From Neoechinorhynchus agilis (taxonomy: Eukaryota; Animalia; Acanthocephala), in assembly GCA_051530055.1 (NCBI GenBank), contig JBMGUZ010000030.1, forward strand, positions 1 through 32,501: DNA of 32,501 nucleotides. Direction: 5' to 3'. The notes beneath the pieces were generated by a model, which was given only the letters and a program-made list of their open reading frames with translations, ran no database searches and was not told the DNA's origin. A program made the translations under genes and the position numbers. Every line of letters starts with the position of its first letter. The stretch's first letter is position 1. Of this stretch, positions 22,065 to 32,501 are shown piece by piece.

Positions 22065-23490
22065 AGTCCATTTTGATCCACTGATTACGAATATAGTCTT
22101 CTTTTGCCCGTAGCTACCACGGTTCATGCGATCTATGAAATTCGCTTAAACTTCACCGTTGGTCCTCGAAGTAGTGTCTGTCCAGTCCATTTCGATCCGC
22201 GCGTTCCAAATATTGTCTTCTTTTCCCCGTAGTCACCACGGTTCATGAGATCAATGAACTTCGCTTAAACTTGACCGGTGACCCTCGAAGTAGCGTCCGT
22301 CCAGTCCATTTCGATCCGCGCGTTCTAAATATTGTCTTCTTTTCCCCGTAGCTATTGCGGTTCATGAGATCTATGAACTTCGCTTGAACTTTACCGTTGG
22401 TCCTCGAAGTAGTGTCTGTCCAGTCCATTTCGATCCACCGATTGCAAATATGGTCTTCTTTTGCCCGTTGCTACCACGGTTCATGAGATCTATCAACTTC
22501 GCTTAAATTTCACCGTTGGTCCTCGAAATAGTGTCCGTCAAGTCCATTTCGAAACGTCCATTCCAAACATAGTATTATTTTCATCGCAGCAACTACGTTT
22601 AATGAGATCTATGAACCTCGCTTAAACTTGACCGCGGGTCCTAGAAGTAATGTCCCTCTAGTCCATTTTGATAAACTGATTCCAATTATGGTCTTCTTTT
22701 CATCCTAGCTACCACGTTTCATGAGATCTATGAACTTCGCTTATACTTGATCGCTGGTCCTTGAGGCAGTGTCCGTCTAGTTCATTTTGATCCACTGATT
22801 CCAAATATGGTTTTCTTCTCCCCGTAGCTACAACGGTCCATGAGATATATGAACTTTCATTCAACCAGGCCGTTGGTTGTCAAAGTAGTGTCCGTCTAGT
22901 CCATTTTGATCGACTGATTCCAAATATCGTCTCGATCTATGAACTTCGCTTAAACTTGACGGTCGGTCCTCGAAGTAGTGTCCGTCTAGTCCATTGCGAT
23001 CCGCTGATTCCTAATATGGTCTTCTTTTCCCGGTAGCTATTGCGGTTCATGAGATCATTGAACTTCGCTTAAACTTCACCGTTGGTCCTCAAAGTAGTGT
23101 CCGTCAAGTCCATTTTGATACGCGCATTTCAAATATAGTATTCTTTTCTCCGTAGCTACTACGTTTCATGAAATCTATGAAATTCGCTTAAACTCGACCG
23201 TTGGTCCTCGAATTAGTGTCCGTCTAATCCATTTCGATCCGCTGATTCGAAATATGGTCTTCTTTTCAAAGTAACTATCACGGTTAATGAGATCTATGAA
23301 CTTCGCTTAAATTTCACCGTTGGTCCTCGAAGTTGTGTCGGTCTAGTCCATTTTAATCCGCCGTAGCTACCACGATTTATGAGATATATGAACTTTCCTT
23401 CAACCTTGTCGTTGGTCTTCGAAGTAGTGTCCGTCTAGTCCATTTCGATCCGCTGATTCCAAATATGGTCTTCTCTTTCCCCTAGCTACC
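22065..23490. repeat. 119-bp tandem repeat, ~12.5 diverged copies
   Basis: Unit starts (AGTCCATTT) at 22065, 22184, 22303, 22422, 22541, 22660, 22779, 22898, 22988, 23107, 23226, 23345 and 23437. Period is 119 except for two deleted units (90 and 92 bp). Approximate consensus: AGTCCATTTCGATCCGCTGATTCCAAATATGGTCTTCTTTTCCCCGTAGCTACCACGGTTCATGAGATCTATGAACTTCGCTTAAACTTCACCGTTGGTCCTCGAAGTAGTGTCCGTCT. Confidence 0.97.
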
Positions 23491-26400
23491 CGTCATCAAA
23501 AAATTTCAGTGACGTCATCGAATTTTTTATGATATCAGGGAAATTTTTGATGACGTCATTGAAACTTTTGAAGACGTCACCGAAGTTTTCGATGACGTCA
23601 TCGAAATTTTTGATTACGTTACCGAAATTTTTGATGACGTCAACGAAATTTTTTATGACGTCACCGAAAATTTTTATGACCTCATCGAAATTTTTGATGA
23701 CGTCACCGAAATTTTTGATGACGTGATCCAAATTTTATATCATGTAACCGAAATTTTTGATGATCTCATCGAAATTTTTGATGACTTCACCAAAATTTTT
23801 GGTGACGTCACCAAGATTTTTGATGACGTCATCGAAATTTTTGATTACGTCACCGAAATTTTTTATGACGTCACCGAAATTCTTGATGACGTCACAGAAA
23901 TTCTTGATGACGTCATCGAAACTTTTTATGACGTCACCGAAGTTTTTAATGACGTCATCGAAATTTTTTATGATATCAGGGAAATTTTTGATGACGTCAT
24001 CGAAACTTTTGTACACGTCACCGCAGTTTTCGATGACGTCATCGAAATTTTTGATTACGTCACCGAAATTTTTGATGACGTCAACGAAATTTTTTATGAC
24101 GTCATCGAAATTTTTTATCATATCAGGGAAATTTTTATAACGTCATCGAAAATTTTGTACAAGTCACCGAAGTTTTCGATGACGTCATCGAAATTTTTGA
24201 TTACGTCACCGAAATTTTTGATGACGTCAACGAAATTTTTTAGGACGTCACCGAAAATATTTATGACCTCATCGAAATTTTTGATGACGTCATCGCAATA
24301 TTTGGTCACGTCATCGAGATTTTTGTTGACGTCATCGAAATTTTTGATGACGTCATTGAGATTTTTGATGACGTCATCGAAATTTTTGATGACGTCATCG
24401 AGCTTTTGGATGACGTCGTCGAAATTTTTGATGACGTCATCAAAAATCTCGATGACGCCATCGAAATTTTTGATGACGTCATCGAGATTTTTCATGACGT
24501 CATCGAAATTTTTTATGACGTCATCGAGATTTTTGATTACGTCATCAAAATTTTTGATGACGTCATCCAAATTTTTGATGACGTCATCGAGATTTTTGAT
24601 GACGTCATCGAGATTTTTGATGACGTCATCGAAATTTTTGATGACGTCATCGAGATTTCTGATGACGTCATCGAAATTTTTTATGACGTCATCGAGATTT
24701 TTGATTACGTCATCAAAATTTTTGATGATGTCATCCAAATTTTTGATGACGTCATCCAAATTTTGATGACGTCATCGAGATTTTTGATGACGTCATCTAG
24801 ATTTTTGATGACGTCATCGGAATTTTTGATGACGTGATCGAAATTTGTGATGACGTCATCGAGATTTTTGATGACGTCATGGAGATTTTGGATGACGTCA
24901 TCGAGATTTTTGATGACGTCATCCAAATTTTGATGACGTCATCAAGATTTGATGACGTCATCGAGATTTTTCACGTCATCGAATTTTTGACGTCATCTAG
25001 ATTTTGAACGTCATCGAGATTTTTTATGACGAATTTTTATGACGTCATGGAAATTTTTGATGACGTCATCCCAATTTTTTATGACGTCATCGAGATTTCT
25101 GATGACGTCATCGAGATTTTTGATGACGTCATCGAGATTTTTGATGACGTCATCCAAATTTTTTATGACGTCATCGAGATTTTTGATGACGTCATCGAGA
25201 TTTTTTTTGACGTCATGGAAATTTTTATGACGTCATCTAGATTTTTGATGACGTCATCGGGATTTTTGATGACGTGATCGAAATTTGTGATGACGTCATC
25301 GAGATTTTTGATGACGTCATGGAGATTTTTGATGACGTCATCGAGATTTTTGATGACGTCATCCAAATTTTTGATGACGTCATCAAGATTTGATGACGTC
25401 ATCGAGATTTTTCATGACGTCATCGAAATTTTTGATGGCGTCATCGAGATTTTTGATGACGTCATCGGGATTTTTGATTACGTAATCCAAATTTTTGATG
25501 ACGTCATCGAGATTTTTTATGACGTCATCGAAATTTTTATGACGTCATCGAAATTTTTCATGACGTCATCGAGATTTTTGATGACGTCATCGAGATTTTT
25601 GATGACGTCATCGAGATTTTTTTGATGACGTCATCTAGATTTTTGATGACGTCATCGAGATTTTTGATGACATCATCGAGATTTTTGATGACTTCATCGA
25701 GATTTTTGATGACCTCATCGAGATTTTTGATGACGTCATCGAGATTTTTGATGACGTCATCGAGATTTTTTATGACGTCATCGAGATTTTTTTGATGACG
25801 TCATCTAGATTTTTTATGACGTCATCGAGATTTTTGATAACGTCATCGAGATTTTTGGTGACGTCATCGAGATTTTTAATGACGTCACGGAAATTTTTGA
25901 TGACGTCATCGAAATTTTTGATGACGTCATCGAGATTTTTATGACGTCATGGATATTTTTGATGACGTCATCGAAATTTTTGATGACGTAATCCCAATTT
26001 TTGATGACGTCATCGAGATTTTTTATGACATCATCGAAATTTTTGATGACGTCATCGAGATTTTTGATGACGTCATCGAGATTTTTGATGACGTAATCTA
26101 TATTTTTGATGACGTTATCGAAATTTTTTGATGACGTCATCGAGATATTTGATGACGCCATCGAAATTTTTGATGATGTCATCGAGATTTTTGATGACGT
26201 CATCATAATTTTTGATGACGTCATCGAGATTTTTGATGACGTCATCGGAATTTTTGATGACGTCATCCAAATTTTGATGACGTCATCGAGATTTTTGATG
26301 ACGTCATCGAGATTTTTTATGACATCATTTAAATTTTTGATGACGTCATCGGAATTTTTGATGACGTGATCGAAATTTGTGATGACGTGATCGAGATTTT

Positions 26401-29400
26401 TGATGACGTCATGGAGATTTTGGATGACGTCATCGAGATTTTTGATGACGTCATCCAAATTTTTGATGACGTCATCGAAATTTTTGATGGCGTCATCGAG
26501 ATATTTGATTACGTCATCGAGATTTTGGATGACGTCATCGAGATTTTGGATGACGTCATCGAGATTTTTGATGACGTCATCGAGATTTTGGATGACGTCA
26601 TCCAAATTTTTGATGACGTCATCAAGATTTTTGATGACGTCATCGAGATTTTTATGACGTCATCGAGATTTTTGATGACGTCATCGAGAATTTTATGACG
26701 TCATCGAAATTTTTTATGACGTCATCGCGATTTTTGATTACGTCATCGGGATTTTTGATTACGTAATCCAAATTTTTGATGACGTCATCGAGATTTTTGA
26801 TGACGTCATCGAAATTTTTGATGACGTCATCGAAATTTTTGATGACGTCATCGAAATTTTTTTGATGACGTCATCTAGATTTTGATGACGTAATCTTGAT
26901 TTTGATGACGTCATCTAGATTTTTGATGACGTCATCGGGATTTTTGAATACGTCATCAAGATTTTTTTGATGACGTCATCTAGATTTTGATGACGTCATC
27001 GAGATTTTTGATTACGTCATCGAGATTTTTTTTGATGACGTCGTCTAGATTTTGATTACGTCATCGAGATTTTTTTTGATGACGTCGTCTAGATTTTGAT
27101 GACGTCATCGAGATTTTTTTGATGACGTCATCGAGATTTTTGATGACGCCGTGGAAATTTTTATGACGTCATCTAGATTTTTGATGACGTCATCGAGATT
27201 TTTGGTGACGTCATCGAGATTTTTGATGACGTCGTCGAGATTTTGGATGACGTCATCCAAATTTTTTATGACGTCATCAAGATTTTTGATGACGTCATCG
27301 AGATTTTTGATGACGTCATCGAGATTTTTGATGACGTCATCGAGATTTTTGATGACGTCATGGAGATTTTTGATGACGTCATCGAGATTTTTGATGACGT
27401 CATCCAAATTTTTTATGACGTCATGGAAATTTTTGTGACGTCATCGAGATTTTTGATGACGTCATCTAGTTTTTTGATGACGTGATTGAAATTTGTTATG
27501 ACGTCATCGAGATTTTTGATGACGTCAAGGAGATTTTGGATGACGTCATCGAGATTTTTTATGACGTCATCGAAATTTTTGATGACGTCATCGAGATTTT
27601 TGATGACGCCATCGAAATTTTTGATGATGTCATCGAGATTTTTGATGACGTCATCATAATTTTTGATGACGTAATCGAGATTTTTGATGACGTCATCGAA
27701 ATTTTTGATTACGTCATCGAAATTTTTGATGACGTCAACGAAATTTTTTATGACGTCACCGAAAATATTTATCACCGCATCGAAATTTTTTATGACGTCA
27801 TCGCAACTTTTGGTCACGTCATCGAGATTTTTGATGACGTCATCGAGATTTTGGATGACGTCATCGAAACTTTTGATGACGTCATCGAAATTTTTGATGA
27901 CGCTATCGAAATTTTTGATGACGGCATCGAGATTTTTGATGACGTCATGGAGATTTTTTATGACGTCATCGAAATTTTTGATGACGCCATCGAAATTTTT
28001 GATGATGTCATTGAGATTTTTGATGACGTCATCGAAATTTTTGGTGACGTCATCGAGATTTTTGATGACGTGATAGAAATTTTTGATGACGTCATCGAGA
28101 TTTTTGATGACGTCATCGGATTTTTGATTACGTATCCAATTTTTATACTCATCAGATTTTTGATGACGTAATCGAAATTTTTGATGACGTCATCGAGATT
28201 TTTGATGACGTCATCGAGATTTTTGATGACGTCAACGATTTTTTTGATGACGTCATCTAGATTTTTGACTACGTCATCGAGATTTTTGAGTACGTCATCG
28301 AAATTTTTATGACCATCGAGATTTTTGATGACGTCATGGAGATTTTTTATGACGTCATCGAAATTTTTGATGACGTCATCGAGATTTTGGATGACGTCAT
28401 CGAGATTTTTGATGACGTCATCGAGATTTTTGATGACGTCATCGAGATTTTTGATGACGTCATCGAGATTTTTGATGACGTCATCGAGATTTTTGATGAC
28501 GTCATCGAGATTTTGGATGACGTCATCGAGATTTTTGATGACGTCATCGAGATTTTGATGACGTCATCGAGATTTTTATGACGTCATCGAGATTTTTGAT
28601 GACGTCATCGAGATTTTTGATGACGTCATCGAGATTTTTGATGACGTCATCGAGATTTTTGATGACGTCATCGAGATTTTTATGACGTCATCGAGATTTT
28701 TGATGACGTCATCGAGATTTTTGATGACGTCATCGAGATTTTTGATGACGTCATCGAGATTTTTGATGACGTCATCGAGATTTTTGATGACGTCATCGAG
28801 ATTTTTGATGACGTCATCGAGATTTTGATGACGTCATCGAGATTTTTGATGACGTCATCGAGATTTTTGATGACGTCATCGAGATTTTTGATGACGTCAT
28901 CGAGATTTTTGATGACGTCATCGAGATTTTTGATGACGTCATCGAGATTTTTGATGACGTCATCGAGATTTTTGATGACGTCATCGAGATTTTTGATGAC
29001 GTCATCGAGATTTTTGATGACGTCATCGAGATTTTTGATGACGTCATCGAGATTTTTGATGACGTCATCGAAATTTTTGATGACGTCATCGAAATTTTTG
29101 ATGACGTCATCGAGATTTTTATGACGTCATGGATATTTTTGATGACGTCATCGAAATTTTTGATGACGTCATCCCAATTTTTGATGACGTCATCGAGATT
29201 TTTTATGACATCATCGAAATTTTTGATGACGTCATCGAGATTTTTGATAACGTCATCGAGATTTTTGATGACGTAATCTATATTTTTGATGACGTCATCG
29301 AAATTTTTTGATGACGTCATCGAGATTTTTGATGACGTCATCGAAATTTTTGATGACGTCATCGAGATTTTTGATGACGTCATCGGGATTTTTGATTACG

Positions 29401-32400
29401 TAATATAAATTTTTGATTACGTCATCGAGATTTTTTATGACGTCATCGAGATTTTTGATGACGTCATCGAGATTTTTTTGATGACGTCATCGAGATTTTT
29501 GATGACGTCATCGAGATTTTTGATGACGTCATCGAAATTTTTGATGACGTCATCGAGATTTTTATGACGTCATCGATATTTTTGATGACGTCATGGAAAT
29601 TTTTGATGACGTCATCCCAATTTTTGATGACGTCATCGAGATTTTTGATGACATCATCGAAATTTTTGATGACGTCATCGAGATTTTTGATGACGTCATC
29701 GAAATTTGAACCACAATTTTTGATGACGTCATCGAGATTTTTGATTACGTCATCGAGATTTTTGATTACGTCATCGAGATTTTTGATGACGTCATCGAGA
29801 TTTTTGATGACGTCATCTAGATTTTTGACTACGTCATCGAGATTTTTGAGTACGTCATCGAAATTTTTGATGACGTCATCGAGATTTTTATGACGTCATC
29901 GAGATTTTTGATGACGTCATAGAGAATTTGAATACGCCATCAAAATATTTGATGACGTCATCGAAATTTTTGATGACGTCATCGAGATTTTTTATGACGT
30001 CATCGAAATTTTTGATGACGTCATCGAGATTTTTGATGACGTCATCGGGATTTTTGATTACGTAATCCAAATTTTTGATTACGTCATCGAGATTTTTGAT
30101 GACGTCATCGAGATTTTTGATGACGTCATCGAGATTTTGATGACGTCATCTAGATTTTTGACTACGTCATCGAGATTTTTGAGTACGTCATCGAAATTTT
30201 GTATGACGTCATCGAGATTTTTATGACGTCATCGATATTTTTGATGACGTCATGGAAATTTTTGATGACGTCATCCCAATTTTTGATGACGTCATCGAGA
30301 TTTTTTATGACATCATCGAAATTTTTGATGACGTCATCGAGATTTTTGATGACGTGATCGAAATTTCTGATGACGTCATCGAGATTTTGGATGACGTCAT
30401 CGAGATTTTTGATGACGTCATCCAAATTTTTTCTGACGTCATCAAGGTTTTTTATGACGTCATGGAAATTTTTATGACGACATCGAGATTTTTGATGACG
30501 TCATCTAGATTTTTGATGACGTCATCGGGATTTTTGATGACGTCATCGGGATTTTTGATGACGTGATCGAAATTTGTGATGACGTCATCGAGATTTTTGA
30601 TGACGTCATGGAGATTTTGGATGACGTCATCGAGATTTTTGATGACGTCATCAAGATTTGATGACGTCATCGAGATTTTTCATGACGTTATCGAAATTTT
30701 TGATGGCGTCATCGAGATTTTTGATTACGTCATCTAGATTTTTGATGACGTCATCGAGATTTTGGATGACGTCATCGAGATTTTGGATGACGTCATCGAG
30801 ATTTTGGATGTCGTCATCGAGATTTTGGATGACGTCATCCAAATTTTTGATGACGTGATCAAGATTTTTGATGACGTCATCGAGATTTTTTATGACGTCA
30901 TCGAAATTTTTGATGACGTCGTCGGGATTTTTGATTACGTAATCCAAATTTTTGATGACGTCATCGAGATTTTTGATGACGTCATCGAGATTTTTTGATG
31001 ACGTCATCGAGATTTTTGATGACGTCATCGAGATTTTTTGATGACGTCATCTAGATTTTTGATGACGTCATCGAGATTTTTGATGACATCATCGAGATTT
31101 TTGATGACGTCATCGAGATTTTTGATGACGTCATCGAGATTTTTGATGACCTCATCGAGATTTTTGATGACGTCATCGAGATTTTTGATGACCTCATCGA
31201 GATTTTTGATGGCGTCATCGAGATTTTTGATTACGTCATCTAGATTTTTGATGACCTAATCGAGATTTTTGATGACGTCATCGGGATTTTTGAATACGTC
31301 ATCAAGATTTTTTTGATGACGTCATCTAGATTTTGATGACGTCATCGAGATTTTTTATGACGTCATCTAGATTTTGATGACGTCATCTAGATTTTGATGA
31401 CGTCATCGAGATTTTTTATGACGTCGTCTAGATTTTGATGACGTCATCGAAATTTTTGATGACGTCATCGAGATTTTTGATGACGCCGTGGAAATTTTTA
31501 TGACGTCATCTAGATTTTTGATGACGTCATCGAGATTTTCGGTGACGTCATCGAGATTTTTGATGACGTCGTCGAGATTTTTGATGACGTCGTCGAGATT
31601 TTGGATGACGTCATCCAAATTTTTGATGACGTCATCAAGATTTTTGATGACGTCATCGAGATTTTTGATGACGTCATCGAGATTTTTTATGACGTCATGG
31701 AGATTTTTGATGACGTCATCGATATTTTTTATGACGTCATCAATTTGATGACGTCATCCAAATTATGACGTCTGGAAATTTTTGTGACGTCATCGAGATT
31801 TTATATGACGTCATCTAGATTTTTGATGACGTGATCGAAATTTGTTATGACGTCATCGAGATTTTTGATGACGTCAAGGAGATTTTGGATGACGTCATCG
31901 AGATTTTTTATGACGTCATCGAAATTTTTGATGACGTCATCGAGATTTTTGATGACGCCATCGAAATTTTTGATGATGTCATCGAGATTTTTGATGACGT
32001 ACTCGAGATTTTTGATGACGTCATCGAAATTTTTGATTACGTCATCGAAATTTTTGATGACGTCAACGAAATTTTTATGACGTCACCGAAAATATTTATC
32101 ACCGCATCGAAATTTTTGATGACGTCATCGCAACTTTTGGTCACGTCATCGAGATTTTTGATGACGTCATCAGTTTTTGATGACGTCATCGAGATTTTTG
32201 ATGACGTCATCGAGATTTTGGATGACGTCATCGAAACTTTTGATGACGTCATCGAAATTTTTGATGACGCCATCGAAATTTTTGATGACGGCATCGAGAT
32301 TTTTGATGACGTCATGGAGATTTTTTATGACGTCATCGAAATTTTTGGTGACGTCATCGAGTTTTTTGATGACGTGATAGAAATTTTTGATGACGTCATC

Positions 32401-32501
32401 GAGATTTTTAATGACGTCATCAAAATATTTGATGACGTCATCGAAATTTTTGATTACGTCATCCCAATTTTTTATGACGTCATCGAGATTTTTGATGACG
32501 T
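23491..32501 (+). repeat. 21-bp satellite GATGACGTCATCGA(G/A)ATTTTT, ~430 copies; truncated by the window end
   Basis: Continuous 21-bp periodicity, seen as 7-aa repeats (DDVIEIF, MTSSRFL, DDVIKNL) in the ORF track. Core is the perfect 12-bp palindrome GATGACGTCATC containing TGACGTCA. Copy number is length divided by 21. Confidence 0.99.

Noticed and set aside
22065-23490. 5S rRNA array (119-bp length; GACCATA and GAAGTTTAAGC on the minus strand)
   Set aside because: Motif spacing does not fit 5S (~63 nt versus ~40 nt), no box C match or terminal stem was seen, and there is no spacer between units.
4900-32100. Similar ~4.3-kb duplication offsets in both satellites
   Set aside because: The offsets are not identical (4.23-4.34 kb) and rest on few events, so coincidence is the simplest reading.
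23486-32377. Heptad-like ORFs (DDVIKNL, DDVIEIF, MTSSRFL) resembling coiled-coil or amphipathic repeat proteins
   Set aside because: They are direct translations of the 21-bp unit; frequent 1-bp indels in the T-tract shift frames, so there is no sign of coding constraint.
23491-32501. CRISPR array (palindromic repeats at regular spacing)
   Set aside because: The 9-nt spacers are near-identical rather than unique, there are no cas genes, and the context is a spliced eukaryotic gene.

Overview
Eukaryotic DNA (probably invertebrate animal; species not identifiable), about 88% tandem or low-complexity repeat. Layout: (1) 1-~18,086 is a purine-rich (GAA/GGA/GAAA) satellite with kb-scale duplications and 17 embedded copies of a ~38-bp cassette carrying two CRE-like palindromes 21 bp apart. 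(2) ~18,087-22,060 is a ~4-kb unique island with two divergent genes: an unidentified Ala/Gln/Pro-rich minus-strand exon that runs into the satellite, and an apparently intact two-exon SMYD4-like SET/MYND lysine methyltransferase (19,415-20,464 + 21,059-21,874, ~621 aa by my splice model). (3) 22,065-23,490 holds ~12.5 copies of a hairpin-rich 119-bp repeat. (4) 23,491 to the window end holds ~430 copies of a 21-bp satellite, GATGACGTCATC-GA(G/A)ATTTTT. The most notable signals: the cassettes in the left satellite are inverted dimers of the right-hand 21-bp unit, and the 21-bp array is self-complementary on the + strand when G-U pairs are allowed, making it a candidate hairpin-RNA/siRNA source just downstream of the SMYD gene. 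Nearly all other ORFs in the track are repeat artefacts.
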